Numbered from the stretch's first letter, positions 48,690-59,543 are shown. The stretch: DNA of 64,000 bases from Anaerolineales bacterium (GCA_034430395.1 DAOUEQ010000008.1:7581-71580); one strand, 5' to 3'. Notes: a model not told the origin generated them from the sequence alone. Translations and numbers: made by a program.

Positions 48690-50220
48690 GTTTTTTAGCT
48701 GGATTAGCATCGCGTTTGTTTGAAAGCATCTCCAGACCGTTGATGATGCGCAGTCGGGTGAAACGTGGCTCGATGATGTCGTCCACGTAGCCTCGCGCGG
48801 CTGCAATGTAAGGATTTGCGAATTTCTCACGGTAATCCGCCACAAGCTCGGCTCTGCGTTTTTCCGGGTCTTTGGCATCCGCGAGTTCTTTGCGGAAAAT
48901 GATATTTACTGCTCCCTCGGGACCCATCACGGCCAGCTCTGCGCTGGTCCAGGCCAGGTTAAGGTCACCACGGATGTGTTTGGAGGACATGACGTCATAA
49001 GCCCCACCGTATGCCTTGCGAGTGATCAAGGTAATCTTCGGGACGGTAGCCTCGCAATATGCATAGAGTAACTTCGCTCCATGACGGATGATGCCGCCAT
49101 GCTCCTGCCCGGTTCCAGGGAGGAAACCAGGCACATCGACGAAGGTGATGATAGGGAGGTTAAACGAATCGCAGAAGCGCACAAAACGAGCAGCCTTATC
49201 TGAGGAGTTAATATCCAGAACCCCTGCTAGATGAGCTGGCTGGTTAGCGATAACTCCGACGCTGTGCCCGCCAAAACGGGCGAAGCAGGTCAGGATATTC
49301 TGCGCATAGTTCTCATGGATTTCGAAGAATACGCCGTCGTCGACGACCAGTTTAATCACATCGCGCATGTCATATGGCTTGCTGGGGTCATCGGGCACGA
49401 TGTAATCCAGCTCTTCCTCGATACGCAGCCGGTCATCAGATGTGGGGACGAAGGGGGGGTCCTCCATATTGTTCTGCGGGATGTAGGATAGCAATAAGCG
49501 GATCATATAGAGACAATCGCCCTCGCTCTCGGCGACGTAATGACAAACGCCAGATGTGCTGGCGTGTTTGTCCGCGCCGCCTAACTCCTCGAAGGTTACT
49601 TCTTCGTTGGTGACGGTCTTTACAACTTCTGGTCCTGTGACAAACATATAGGAGGAGTTGCGAACCATGAAGATGAAATCGGTAAGTGCCGGGGAGTACA
49701 CGGCGCCGCCGGCGCATGGTCCCATGATGGCGCTGATTTGAGGGATCACGCCCGAACTGAGCGTATTCTTGAGGAAGATGTCGGCGTAGGCGCCGAGAGA
49801 GACGACGCCCTCCTGGATGCGTGCTCCCCCGGAGTCGTTCAAGCCAATAACGGGAGCGCCGTTCTTCATGGCCATGTCCATGATTTTACAGATCTTCTCC
49901 GCATGGACTTCACCAAGGCTGCCGCCGAAGACCGTGAAGTCTTGGGAGAAAACGTAAACCAGCCGGCCGTCGATTGTTCCCCACCCGGTTACAACACTGT
50001 CTGCGAGGAACTTCTTCTTTTCAAGATCGAAATCATGCGTCCGATGTGTGACGAACATGTCGGTTTCGCGGAAGGATCCTTTGTCAAGAAGTAGTTCGAG
50101 CCGCTCTCGAGCAGTTAACCGACCGCGGTCGTGCTGCGTTTTGTTCCGCTCGGGGCCACCGCCAAGCAGTGCCTTTTCGCGTTGCTTTTGAAGGAACTCG
50201 GCTTTGGAGGAATCACTCAT
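48670..50220 (-). CDS. pccB: propionyl-CoA carboxylase beta subunit / methylmalonyl-CoA carboxyltransferase
   Basis: 516 aa of the crotonase-like double-domain carboxyltransferase type ([40 protein letters not shown]). GAGGAG SD is present. Confidence 0.9.
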   Translation of the reverse strand: MSDSSKAEFLQKQREKALLGGGPERNKTQHDRGRLTARERLELLLDKGSFRETDMFVTHRTHDFDLEKKKFLADSVVTGWGTIDGRLVYVFSQDFTVFGGSLGEVHAEKICKIMDMAMKNGAPVIGLNDSGGARIQEGVVSLGAYADIFLKNTLSSGVIPQISAIMGPCAGGAVYSPALTDFIFMVRNSSYMFVTGPEVVKTVTNEEVTFEELGGADKHASTSGVCHYVAESEGDCLYMIRLLLSYIPQNNMEDPPFVPTSDDRLRIEEELDYIVPDDPSKPYDMRDVIKLVVDDGVFFEIHENYAQNILTCFARFGGHSVGVIANQPAHLAGVLDINSSDKAARFVRFCDSFNLPIITFVDVPGFLPGTGQEHGGIIRHGAKLLYAYCEATVPKITLITRKAYGGAYDVMSSKHIRGDLNLAWTSAELAVMGPEGAVNIIFRKELADAKDPEKRRAELVADYREKFANPYIAAARGYVDDIIEPRFTRLRIINGLEMLSNKRDANPAKKHGNIPL

Positions 50221-50657
50221 TCGTTTTGCTCCTCATAATATTGACGTACTGATGGTCGAGATAGTATCCAGATCGCGAGTAGTAAGCATAGTGTCACTGC
50301 TCCAATAGCGAAAGGGAAGGAACTGGTGGCGTAGTCGGATTGCTGAAGCAGTAAGCGATCGATCGACAACCATGCAGCATAGGCGACTGCACCGAAATAT
50401 GTGAGTTTCGGTGCGCAACTGTGGCCGAAAAAGAGTGCCACCGCGCAGGTCAAGCCGACGCTGCCCCAAAAGCCATTCTTCAAGAATAGATAGCTCTTTG
50501 GCACGCTGATAGGGAGGTCGGGAAGCGCAAACCATACCGTGAAGCCGGCAATATGCATCACTGAGAAGGTTAACACTCCTGCGGCGAGCCAGGTTACGAG
50601 CCGGGGTCTATTCTTCGATATCAAGGACGATTTTTCCAAATTGCTCCCCGGTTTCAA
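50217..50657 (-). CDS. small polytopic membrane protein (unknown function)
   Basis: About 4 hydrophobic helices. Its stop overlaps the pccB ATG (ATGA). The start is ambiguous: TTG codons at 50657, 50639 and 50624 all overlap the upstream gene's end. Confidence 0.5.
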   Translation of the reverse strand: MKPGSNLEKSSLISKNRPRLVTWLAAGVLTFSVMHIAGFTVWFALPDLPISVPKSYLFLKNGFWGSVGLTCAVALFFGHSCAPKLTYFGAVAYAAWLSIDRLLLQQSDYATSSFPFAIGAVTLCLLLAIWILSRPSVRQYYEEQNE

Positions 50658-51645
50658 GACGCTTCTGCGCTTCAGGGGTTTCCTTCAGCGGGAAGTGGCT
50701 GTCAATCACTGGCATCAGCAAACCCTGGAAGATCAGGTTCATCACGGTTTGGAAATCTTCATGTGTTCCCATCGTGCTCCCAATTATGCTCAGGTGCTTT
50801 GCAAAGACAAAACGGTTGTCGATTTCAAATTTGGGTCCACCAGTGTTGCCGACGGTCAGGATCCGACCACCTTTTTTCGCTGCGCGGAGGCTGAGGGGCA
50901 TGGTTCCGGCGCCGACATTGTCGACCACCACATCGACTCCTTCTCGTCCACTTGCCTGAAATACCGCTTTTGACCAGTTCCCCTCTTTTGAGCGGTCGAT
51001 AAGCACATCCGCCCCTAAGGATTCTGCCAGGCGAAGTTTATCTGCATTGGAACCGACGACGAAGACCTTCGCCCCAGCCAGTTTTGCGATCTGAATGCTG
51101 GCGCTGTTCACGCCGCCAGAGGCACCGATTACCAGAACACTTTCTCCCGCCTTGAGGCCGCCGCGAGAGATCAGCGAATGCCAGGCAGTTTGATATACAA
51201 GACCCGCTGCTGCCGCAGCCGCGAATTCGATCTCGTCCGGGAGAAGAAGCAGGTTTCTCGCTGGGACGATGACGTACTGCGCTAACGTGCCACGAACGGT
51301 TTCACCCAACAAGTGCCATTTTCGGCACATATTGTCCTTTCCCGCCAAGCAGAAATCACACTCTCCACAACCGAGGTTAGCGTTGATTACAACGCGATCC
51401 CCGACTTCGAGACCTTTTACACCTTCTCCCAGAGAAGATACTTTCCCTGCTCCATCTGCGCCGGATATGTGTGGGTATTCGAGCTTCAATCCCGGCCAGC
51501 CCACACGAACCCACAAATCGAGCCGGTTTAAGGCTGCTGCCCGCAATTGAACCTGGACTTCACCTGCGCCCGGTTCTGGGGCAGGGAATTCATCGTAGCG
51601 TAATACTTCGGGATCTCCATGTTGGTCGAAGAGAATCGCTTTCAA
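50608..51645 (-). CDS. zinc-type medium-chain dehydrogenase/reductase (alcohol dehydrogenase / quinone reductase-like)
   Basis: 345 aa. MKAILFDQHGDPEVL, structural-zinc loop CGECDFCLAGKDNMC, and Rossmann motif VIGASGGV. Confidence 0.8.
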   Translation of the reverse strand: MKAILFDQHGDPEVLRYDEFPAPEPGAGEVQVQLRAAALNRLDLWVRVGWPGLKLEYPHISGADGAGKVSSLGEGVKGLEVGDRVVINANLGCGECDFCLAGKDNMCRKWHLLGETVRGTLAQYVIVPARNLLLLPDEIEFAAAAAAGLVYQTAWHSLISRGGLKAGESVLVIGASGGVNSASIQIAKLAGAKVFVVGSNADKLRLAESLGADVLIDRSKEGNWSKAVFQASGREGVDVVVDNVGAGTMPLSLRAAKKGGRILTVGNTGGPKFEIDNRFVFAKHLSIIGSTMGTHEDFQTVMNLIFQGLLMPVIDSHFPLKETPEAQKRLETGEQFGKIVLDIEE

Positions 51646-51692
51646 GAGGTCCCCTCCTTCTATCCTTGAATCATTTTAGATTGTACCCGCGT

Positions 51693-53456
51693 TCATTGAT
51701 GTTCCACTTTATGGAGGTAGAAAAGCAACCGTCCATGACGATTATAGCGTGGATGGGTTGTTCCATCTTCATAGCTCGAAGTGATTTTCTCGAATGCTGC
51801 AGTCTCTTCGGGAAGGATCGCAAACAACGTGAAGGACCCTTGGGGGGAAAAATCTTGGGGTAAATCGTATGGCGGCTGCAAGTCGTATGCAGGTGCATTG
51901 GGAAGTAAATATGCCAGGCTGGGGATCGAGTGCACGGACATCCGATCGCCGCCTATGAAAAATAGAGGTGTCTGCGGCGGCTCATCCTTCAGGAGTTCGA
52001 TTATCTCTTGGGTCACTTCGCCGTTAAGGCTACCGTAGTTCTCGGTGGGTAAATAATCGATGAAGAGATGCTTAATATTTTCGCCCATCATTAGGATCAT
52101 CAGCAGGGATGCACAGGCTACCGCGACGGTTTTTATCGATGGCCACCGCTCGCTGATGAACAGATAGATACGATCAAGCGTGGAAGCCATTAGTATCGCC
52201 AGAATCGGAGAGAGAAAGAGCATCCGCTGTCCGTTTGGCGCTTGGATGCTCAACCCGCCTACAAGGAGTGTGGCCAGGATTGTGATCAGGATCAAACCAT
52301 AGCGAGCGTCGCGGAAATGTAGTACGCAGTAGACAACTCCTATCCAGAAGATCCAGGCCGAAGCTCCGATCAGCATGGGGATCCCGGATCCATAGTAAAC
52401 CCCCTGGATCTCGGCGACAGTCAAACCGAGTGCGGTCACCCAGATTTGTTCGAGCACGAGTCCGAGGGGTGTTGTCCCAAGTGCTTCAGCGGCAGGTCCG
52501 ATCCAGCCAGGTACGAGCATCGAGACCCTACTGGCGGTGAAGAACAGGCTCTCAGGGTGGCGAATGTACAACAGCACGAGAGGCAGGGACACACTCAGGG
52601 CGATCAGTACCATGCATACAATTCCTGGCAGGCGGGAGTTTAGGCCAACGCCTCGGCGTATAAGCCAGATCATCCAGAGAGTAAGCAGGATGGGGATCAG
52701 ATGTGACGTAGTGTAGAAATATTGTGCGATGCCGAGAGCAAGACCGGCGAGCAGGAATGATCGGCGTTCGTTGGCTTCCCATGCTTGCCATAAAGCGCCT
52801 AGTGCGAGGATGAAGAAGAGCCCATCCCATATGTTGTTATAGGCGACGCGGCTGAAGAAGATGTGGTGGTGGAATGCCATCAACCATGCTGCGCTGAGGG
52901 TGGCGACACGCCGGTTGAAAAGCGATCTGCAGGCCCAGTACAGGGCAGGAATGGTCAACGCTCCAGCGAAAGCTGAGACCCAGCGGATGGCGATCACTGT
53001 CCTGCCTAAAACACGTTGGGATAGAGATAATATCCAGAAGTAAAGCGAGGGGAAGGAGAACCAACCCAAGCCGAGAATATTACTCCTGCGACCATCAAGG
53101 AACTCCCATGCCGTGAGTCCCGCAGAACCCTCGTCCCCGCTGAGAACGTAGGGCATGTGGTCCGCGCCCCACGCACGCAAGACAAAGCTCGCAAGAGTGA
53201 GCGCGAGGATAAGGACGATCTCCCAGCGATCCCAGCGTTTGCGTTTCTGAGGCAGACTGGTTCTCCAGCAGCCGATAATGGTCAGAGTGATACCGGTAAG
53301 CCAGAGTGGTGCGGCGATTCGACTGATGGCAATCGTGTTGTCGCCAGTTGCGGTGAACGCGGCAGTGGAGAACAGCAGCCCGAAGAGGATCATCCACCCT
53401 CTTTGGGGCGTGATCGCCAGCCAATCAGCGAAGCGGTTAATGGACACGCGCACCAA
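51693..53456 (-). CDS. GT-C fold membrane glycosyltransferase (PMT/ArnT-like, GT39/GT83-type)
   Basis: 587 aa and polytopic (>10 TM). An acidic DE motif sits in the first extracytoplasmic loop (VLSGDEGSAG). Confidence 0.7.
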   Translation of the reverse strand: MVRVSINRFADWLAITPQRGWMILFGLLFSTAAFTATGDNTIAISRIAAPLWLTGITLTIIGCWRTSLPQKRKRWDRWEIVLILALTLASFVLRAWGADHMPYVLSGDEGSAGLTAWEFLDGRRSNILGLGWFSFPSLYFWILSLSQRVLGRTVIAIRWVSAFAGALTIPALYWACRSLFNRRVATLSAAWLMAFHHHIFFSRVAYNNIWDGLFFILALGALWQAWEANERRSFLLAGLALGIAQYFYTTSHLIPILLTLWMIWLIRRGVGLNSRLPGIVCMVLIALSVSLPLVLLYIRHPESLFFTASRVSMLVPGWIGPAAEALGTTPLGLVLEQIWVTALGLTVAEIQGVYYGSGIPMLIGASAWIFWIGVVYCVLHFRDARYGLILITILATLLVGGLSIQAPNGQRMLFLSPILAILMASTLDRIYLFISERWPSIKTVAVACASLLMILMMGENIKHLFIDYLPTENYGSLNGEVTQEIIELLKDEPPQTPLFFIGGDRMSVHSIPSLAYLLPNAPAYDLQPPYDLPQDFSPQGSFTLFAILPEETAAFEKITSSYEDGTTHPRYNRHGRLLFYLHKVEHQ

Positions 53457-53467
53457 CCATTTCCAGA

Positions 53468-55618
53468 TTAATACAGCTCGAGTTCTCGGACATGGATTTT
53501 GAACGGGTCACCCGGTGTAAGGCTTTCGATCTCGATAACCACTTGTTCGATATCCGTAAGCTTTTTCCCGAAAGATATTTCGACTGTGGGATCGTCAGGC
53601 AAGTCTCGAAATTCTCGGCTGAAAGTGAGTGGTACTTCGTCACCCTCTGAATTCAGAGAAATCGTGAGGATGAGATCCATGCTGCCTGTGGTGGCGCGAA
53701 TCCCAGCCAGGTCGATCGGCTCACTGAAGGTAAGATGAAAGACGGCTGGGTTGGCGTCGAATACCCGGGCGAGCGTGAAAGTGTCCTGATCGAAGATATG
53801 GTGAATCTCGCCCAGATCAAGATAGGGATACTCAACCTCTACCTGCTGTCCAGCGATGGTCACAAAGCTTGATCGAGACCTTAGCCGTTCGGCTTCCAAC
53901 GCGGCGAAGATTGCATTCGCTTCGGGGGAATAACTCATTCGCAGGAAGGTAAAACCGTCTGAGCCATCTGGGTAGGGGACGATCTTCACGATCGTAATTC
54001 CCCCGATAATTTCGCTCGTGCGCAGCTCTTGGACTTCTTTTTCGGTAAGCACAAAGACCATGTTTTCATCAAGCTCCCTGCGCATCTCAAGAAATCCTGT
54101 CGCGTTGCCGATCTCAACACGATAGTCGTCAGGCAGCATGAATTGCTTCAAGATATGTGCCCCATTTGCCCAAGTGGGGGTGAGATAGATCCTATCTTCG
54201 GGATGGGAGCTGAGATGCTGAGAGATGGCGCCGAAAACTTCCTTGGTGCCATATTGCATACCCCCGAGGCTGAAGTCTTCCTCCCAGGTCGGTCCATTGG
54301 TGATCGCCTGCCTCAGAATAACCAGGTTGCAAGCGGCGAGGAGTGTAAATACTCCAATTGAAACGAAGCGAGCGGGAATTTTCTTGGATATCAGCAGCAT
54401 AAGAGAGGACGTCCCGAGAGCGGTGATGGTCGCGATTGGGATGGTCATCGACAGCAGGCGGGTGATGCCTACGCCGACGACAATGCCCCCCATCGGGATG
54501 GCCAGTACTGCTGCGAGAAGCACACGATACTCAGGTTGTCGGATCTCGCGCAATGAGATAATCAGCCCGACGAGGAACAGGGGAAGAGTCGCTAACCACA
54601 TATGCCCGTAACTATCCATTTGATGTCGAGCCAGATCTGTTTTGTTGGGGAAGAACCAATACGCTGGGCTCAACCCTCTCATGTAGTAGCGAGCGGATAG
54701 CGCCAGCTTCTCCGTCAGTGGTATGTTCTCCAGCCAGTGACTACTCAACATGCGCAGGAATTCTTGATGTTTACCCGGCGTCTCCAGTTGAAAGCGGAGA
54801 TACGGCAGACCGAGGAGTAGAACGAGAATAATTCCAGGGAGGATTGTGTTTCGATTCTGCCAATGGTAGCGGGCATCTACAATTAAAAGCAAAAGCCCTG
54901 TCATTGCGATGATGATTTGTCCGGGTCCGTAGGAGTAAAATGTCAGAGCGGCGAAAATCAATGCAGGATAGAGAAACCGTGGAGACCGCACTCGATAATT
55001 CAAGTAAAAGAATAGGAAGCAGGTGTAAACAGATACCATTACGCTGGTCTCAAATGCAGTGCGCGAATGCAGGAACCAAGCAGGTGTGATAGAGAGGAAT
55101 AGGATGCCCAACCAGGCTGATTGGATCTTGAAGATCCGTTTTAAAAATAGACCTAAGAAGATTGGCGCTAGAAGTGTGAACAATGAAGCCGCGGCGCGGG
55201 TAACGTAGATTGATTTCCCAAAGATTAAGGTGGGTATGATCTGGAGATATACAGAGAGGTTGAGGTTGTACTCATAGACGTTCTTGAAGTAGGTCGGGAA
55301 GAGAGTGTCGTCATAATTGCGGAAGCCATCACGCACGAAGTCCGCTGCCAGGTTCGTCTGTATGGCTTCATCGGTGAAGAAATAGATGGGAAAATCTTCA
55401 AGGGCGGTCAGGCGGGTGAACGTATAGATAAGAAGTGAAAGAATAAATAATAGAGTCTCCAGGGAGACTTTATCCTGTGAGATTAGAAGTTTTCTTTGAC
55501 GAAAAAAAAGATTGATTGAACACGCAAGCTTACGCAGCGCCGATGAAAAAGTGGGTAAACGTGATCTGCTCGATACAGGCTGGGGCACTGGCATCGATTG
55601 TTCTGAGATGCTGTCCAT
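53468..55618 (-). CDS. GT-C fold membrane glycosyltransferase with a ~230-aa C-terminal soluble domain
   Basis: 716 aa. First-loop motif YFFTDEAIQ, then ~11 TM helices, then a soluble beta-rich C-terminal region. It ends 11 nt upstream of the next GT-C gene. Confidence 0.7.
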   Translation of the reverse strand: MDSISEQSMPVPQPVSSRSRLPTFSSALRKLACSINLFFRQRKLLISQDKVSLETLLFILSLLIYTFTRLTALEDFPIYFFTDEAIQTNLAADFVRDGFRNYDDTLFPTYFKNVYEYNLNLSVYLQIIPTLIFGKSIYVTRAAASLFTLLAPIFLGLFLKRIFKIQSAWLGILFLSITPAWFLHSRTAFETSVMVSVYTCFLFFYLNYRVRSPRFLYPALIFAALTFYSYGPGQIIIAMTGLLLLIVDARYHWQNRNTILPGIILVLLLGLPYLRFQLETPGKHQEFLRMLSSHWLENIPLTEKLALSARYYMRGLSPAYWFFPNKTDLARHQMDSYGHMWLATLPLFLVGLIISLREIRQPEYRVLLAAVLAIPMGGIVVGVGITRLLSMTIPIATITALGTSSLMLLISKKIPARFVSIGVFTLLAACNLVILRQAITNGPTWEEDFSLGGMQYGTKEVFGAISQHLSSHPEDRIYLTPTWANGAHILKQFMLPDDYRVEIGNATGFLEMRRELDENMVFVLTEKEVQELRTSEIIGGITIVKIVPYPDGSDGFTFLRMSYSPEANAIFAALEAERLRSRSSFVTIAGQQVEVEYPYLDLGEIHHIFDQDTFTLARVFDANPAVFHLTFSEPIDLAGIRATTGSMDLILTISLNSEGDEVPLTFSREFRDLPDDPTVEISFGKKLTDIEQVVIEIESLTPGDPFKIHVRELELY

Positions 55619-55714
55619 GGGGTCTCCCCACCATGTCCCGGAAGGGCCTAGTTCAATCGAGGTTGGCTCCTGGGCTCATCGGCAGCATGGCGTGCGAAGC
55701 CCCTCAGGGCTTTC

Positions 55715-56899
55715 TTACTTTATACCAAGTTCCAATCTTGAAATCACCAAGCGCTGTATCTCGCTTGTACCTTCATAAATCTCTGTGATTTTGGCGTCTC
55801 GGAAGTAGCGTTCGATGGGCATCTCTTTTGAGTAACCCATCCCGCCGTGGATTTGAACGGCGGCGTGGGCGCAAAACATCGCTGTTTCCGAGGCATAGAG
55901 CTTCGCCATAGAGGCTTCAAGCGTATAACGTCCCCCCCTCTCCTTGGCGTTCTGCTTTGCCAGCGCAGCGTTATAAATCAGCAGCCGGCTGGCTTCGATC
56001 CTCGTTTTCATATCCGCGAGCGGAAAAGATATCCCCTGGAATTGGCCGATCTTCTTGCCGAAAGCCTCTCGCTCACGCGCGTATTCAAGGCTGGCCTCAT
56101 AGGCAGCCTCGGCGATGCCGAGCGCTTGCGATGCGATCCCTATTCGCCCAGCGTCGAGGACGGTCATTGCAATCTTGAATCCTTCACCCTCTTCTCCCAG
56201 GCGGTTCTCCACTGGGCAGCGGTAGTCCTCGAAGACGATCTCGCTTGTCCCAGAGGCACGAATGCCCAATTTGGGTTCCGGTTTCCCGAGATGATATCCA
56301 GCCTGGTTGGCTTCAGTGATGAAAGCTGTCACGCCTCTGTGTTTCTTCTCCGGATCGGTCATGGTGAAGAGCAAGACGTAATCCGCTTTCGGCGCGGAAG
56401 AAACCCAAGATTTCATTCCATTGATGACATAGACATCCCCGTCGCGCACGGCGCGCGAGCGCATCGTTCCGGCATCCGAGCCGGACATTGGCTCGGTAAG
56501 GGAATACGCACCGATCGCCTGCCCTGAGGCTACGGGTTTCAAGTATTTCTCATTTTGCTCCTCGGTGCCAAAACGCAGAAATGCATAGCAATATAGCGAG
56601 TTGTTTACGGACATGACTGTTCCGTGCGCGGCATCGGCTTTACTTATCTCCTCCAGCGCCAGCACATAAGAGAGGGTATCCATCCCCGCGCCGCCGTATT
56701 CCTCGGGAACTTCGATCCCCATGAAGCCCATATCGCCCATTTTACGGAGGGTTTCGATCGGGAAATCGCCACTCTCATCGAACTCGGCGGCGATGGGTGC
56801 AATTTCGTTTTGTGCGAAATCGCGCGCCGCTTTTTTAATCATCTTATGTTCTTCGCTCAATTCGAAGGAAGGACCCAATGCTGCCTTGCCATCCGTCAT
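55715..56899 (-). CDS. acyl-CoA dehydrogenase (short/medium-chain type)
   Basis: 394 aa. ACAD N/M/C domains and the catalytic-Glu region ITEIYEGTSEIQRLVI are present. Confidence 0.9.
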   Translation of the reverse strand: MTDGKAALGPSFELSEEHKMIKKAARDFAQNEIAPIAAEFDESGDFPIETLRKMGDMGFMGIEVPEEYGGAGMDTLSYVLALEEISKADAAHGTVMSVNNSLYCYAFLRFGTEEQNEKYLKPVASGQAIGAYSLTEPMSGSDAGTMRSRAVRDGDVYVINGMKSWVSSAPKADYVLLFTMTDPEKKHRGVTAFITEANQAGYHLGKPEPKLGIRASGTSEIVFEDYRCPVENRLGEEGEGFKIAMTVLDAGRIGIASQALGIAEAAYEASLEYAREREAFGKKIGQFQGISFPLADMKTRIEASRLLIYNAALAKQNAKERGGRYTLEASMAKLYASETAMFCAHAAVQIHGGMGYSKEMPIERYFRDAKITEIYEGTSEIQRLVISRLELGIK

Positions 56900-57016
56900 G
56901 CCAGACCTCCAGTTAGGTTGATATTGGATGTGTAGATTATATAGCAGGAGTGTTGGGAGGGTCTAATTGGATTATGTGTGTTGGGTGTTATGGGAAACCT
57001 GCGAGGGCAAGATGGA

Positions 57017-57466
57017 TTAGGGGATATCGATCTCGGTCTCGCAGGATTTATGACCGCTGTCCGTGCCCGCACCACCGTCGCAGATGTCAGTATCCTGGCT
57101 GCCCTTGAGGCTGTCATTTCCATCCTGACCGAGAAGGACATCATTGCCCTTCTGCCCGTCGAGGGTGTCGTCTCCACCGCCGCCGATGATGCAGTCGTCA
57201 CCATCACTCCCGCGGAGGGTATCGTTTCCTGCAGTGCCTAGAATCAGATCATTACCCGCCGTCCCGTTACCGGCAACGACAATAGTAGTAAGGTTGAGGC
57301 TGTTGCATTCCACGGGTTTCAGGTTGTTGGCGGTGATGGAAAAGCTATCATGATCCAAACGCGAGGCAGGAACGCTGTTTGTGGCAGCGAAGGCCGCGGC
57401 TGTGCTGACGGCGATCAGCGCAATCAAGAAGACTCCCGTGAAGCGTAATAGTCTGGATGGCCTCAC
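57017..57466 (-). CDS. secreted RTX-type calcium-binding repeat protein with a SipW-cognate-like signal peptide
   Basis: Signal region [32 protein letters not shown]. Eight consecutive nonapeptides follow: [72 protein letters not shown]. Its start overlaps the upstream stop by 4 nt. Confidence 0.75.
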   Translation of the reverse strand: MRPSRLLRFTGVFLIALIAVSTAAAFAATNSVPASRLDHDSFSITANNLKPVECNSLNLTTIVVAGNGTAGNDLILGTAGNDTLRGSDGDDCIIGGGGDDTLDGQKGNDVLLGQDGNDSLKGSQDTDICDGGAGTDSGHKSCETEIDIP

Positions 57467-59088
57467 TTCTTTTTGCCCTTCTTTTTACCAGCGGAGGTTT
57501 CATCCGTTTCTGGTGAACGTTCCTCCCCTTCATCAGGTTCTGTGACCGCCAGGAGGAAGCGATAGGTGATGTCTCCCTCCTGCAGGAGGTAGGTGTGTTG
57601 GTTGGCTTTGACATAGTGAAGGATCATCGAACCGGTTTTCTCAGCAAGCTTAGCAAGATCTTCGAAACGATCTACCTCAATATCTTCACTCGCAGCTTTT
57701 ACAGGCAGCTCTCGAATGTCGAGCAATACTTCCCTGAATTGGATTCGAATTTTCTCGCTTGGGCTTTGCATCGAGGCGCGCAGGAAGGGATATAGAATTG
57801 CGGCGATGCCGAGCAAGGAAATGCCCAACGTCACGCCTGCTATCCAGCGCGCTGTTTGGACTGTGGGTTTGAGCCCCAGAATGTTCAACGTTGCCGGGAC
57901 CTGCTGCTGGCGGGGAAGGAAACCGGACTGAACAGGTGAGAGAGGATCGATCCCTTCTCCAAATGGACTACTCCCTGCCAGATAGAATTGGGTCTCATCC
58001 AATTGGAATTTTAAGCTAGGCGTGAATGTATCCTCGAAGGTTAGATCTCCAAGGTTGCCCTGGACGTTCACATCTGCGATGATGTCCACGTTAAACACCT
58101 GTCGATTGAGAGAGGTGTTTGTCTTCAGTCGGTCAATGAGCGTCAAGATGTATCCCAGGTTGACCGTGGCTTCCGTCGAAAATGACTCACCTTGGAATTC
58201 AGTATCTGGAGAGAGCTCAATCTGACGCCGCCAACCGTTGGGTTCGCTGACCTCGAGGGAGATTTGATAATTTCCCGTGAGGTCTTTAGTCTCCGGCGTC
58301 GAGAATTGATAATCTAAAGTTAAGTCAAATTCATGTGTCAATGCGTGAAAGATGGCCTCGCCCGGCTCGATCTTGCCCTGGTCATAAATGCTTGGTGAGC
58401 CAACTGCATTATATGAGAAAGTCCCTCTATGTTCATAAGGGATGTCGGCGGGGACTGACTGCGTTAATGGGGCGGAGAATGCAAAGACGCCGAGCAAGAT
58501 CGCTCCAAGCAAAATGGCAAAAAGGGCAAATAACATTCCTTCTAAATAGCCCGAAAAGTAAAGCGACCTGCTTCGCTCCGTCACCGTCTGATTATCTTTC
58601 TTGGGTTGTTTCTCACTTATAAGCGAATTGCGTGAAAAAGTTAGTAAAACCATAAATCCGATTGCACAAGAAAGCAAGACAATCCCCAACGATGAACGTA
58701 ATTTCAGGATGATATTTGCTGCACCGGGGATATGGATCCAGGATTTGCCGATTAGTTCCGATGATTTCGGCTCGTACGAATCGATCCAGTCGTTGTTGTC
58801 ACCTTTGAATGTATAAGTGTCCCCTTCTCGTTCGATAATTCGATGGATGACAGGACCAATTGTTGGGTGGCGATAGGTCACAACGTCTCCGACGTTATAA
58901 GTTCGTTCCTCGTGGCCGATAATCAAATCGCCGTAATGCAGGCTGGGTTCCATGCTCGCTCCGGCGATCAAGACGTAAGACGCCTGACCGCCGAATTGAA
59001 CCGGCGCGAAAGTGAACCATAGTGCCGCTATGAGCACCAGGATCAGCGCCGAGAGAAATGATTGCGAAAGTCGTGCATTCAGCTTCAT
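57463..59088 (-). CDS. ER/archaeal-type (SipW-like) signal peptidase I fused to a large membrane/ecto-domain extension
   Basis: N-terminal TM, Ser motif GASMEPSL, and HRII and KGDNN motifs (Ser/His-type SPase). Three further TM helices bracket a ~210-aa ecto-domain, and a charged cytoplasmic tail ends in KKKGKKK. It is 541 aa, against roughly 190 aa for a typical SipW. Confidence 0.8.
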   Translation of the reverse strand: MKLNARLSQSFLSALILVLIAALWFTFAPVQFGGQASYVLIAGASMEPSLHYGDLIIGHEERTYNVGDVVTYRHPTIGPVIHRIIEREGDTYTFKGDNNDWIDSYEPKSSELIGKSWIHIPGAANIILKLRSSLGIVLLSCAIGFMVLLTFSRNSLISEKQPKKDNQTVTERSRSLYFSGYLEGMLFALFAILLGAILLGVFAFSAPLTQSVPADIPYEHRGTFSYNAVGSPSIYDQGKIEPGEAIFHALTHEFDLTLDYQFSTPETKDLTGNYQISLEVSEPNGWRRQIELSPDTEFQGESFSTEATVNLGYILTLIDRLKTNTSLNRQVFNVDIIADVNVQGNLGDLTFEDTFTPSLKFQLDETQFYLAGSSPFGEGIDPLSPVQSGFLPRQQQVPATLNILGLKPTVQTARWIAGVTLGISLLGIAAILYPFLRASMQSPSEKIRIQFREVLLDIRELPVKAASEDIEVDRFEDLAKLAEKTGSMILHYVKANQHTYLLQEGDITYRFLLAVTEPDEGEERSPETDETSAGKKKGKKK

Positions 59089-59174
59089 ATCAGGTTTGTG
59101 CCAGGGGGCACAATCACTGTAAGAGTGAGTGTGCCCCGAAATGACACGCCTTGAAGATTAGTTGGACGTTTGAC

Positions 59175-59543
59175 TTAGTCCGCAGCGACGATTCGAAGCT
59201 GTGTCGCGCTTGTGACTGCCACACTCATTGCGCAATTGGTTACATTGGTTCCACTGATCGAGCCAGTGCAATCCGTCCAGTTTGCTCCGTTATCAAGCGA
59301 GACCCAAACGGATGCGACTGTCGCTTGGAGATCGAAGGATATCGCATCGATATCGCTCGGATCACTATCGCCAAAAATGCTGTAGTTGACAGACACGATG
59401 TTATAACCACTTATTACGGTCGCTCCATCACCAGCGGATGTTGCCTCAACAGTGTTAGTGGCAGCGAAGCCATATACGGATGCAGCGAGGATGAGTGCTA
59501 GTACGAGCATTCCGAAGCTGCGGGGTCGAAGGATTGATTTCAT
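59175..59543 (-). CDS. small secreted protein with a SipW-cognate-like signal peptide (candidate fibre/matrix subunit)
   Basis: GGAGG, then ATGATG (59546/59543). The sequence begins MKSILRPRSFGMLVLALILAASVYGFAATNTVEATSAG, followed by a ~110-aa Ser/Thr/Val/Asn-rich, probably all-beta, domain. The ORF-track start at 59618 lacks an SD. Confidence 0.65.
   Translation of the reverse strand: MKSILRPRSFGMLVLALILAASVYGFAATNTVEATSAGDGATVISGYNIVSVNYSIFGDSDPSDIDAISFDLQATVASVWVSLDNGANWTDCTGSISGTNVTNCAMSVAVTSATQLRIVAAD

Noticed and set aside
48690-48878. N-terminal 63 codons of the ORF-track version of the alpha/beta hydrolase, overlapping the pccB 3' end
   Set aside because: The extension lies in an alternative frame of a conserved carboxyltransferase C-terminus and adds no hydrolase-like sequence. 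The internal ATG at 48689 is the likelier start.
55847-56527. 226-aa plus-strand ORF inside the acyl-CoA dehydrogenase gene, plus similar long antisense ORFs at 18611-19207, 22820-23335 and 26333-26884
   Set aside because: All lie antisense to genes with unmistakable family signatures. Their compositions are Arg/Gly/His-rich, as expected for antisense frames.
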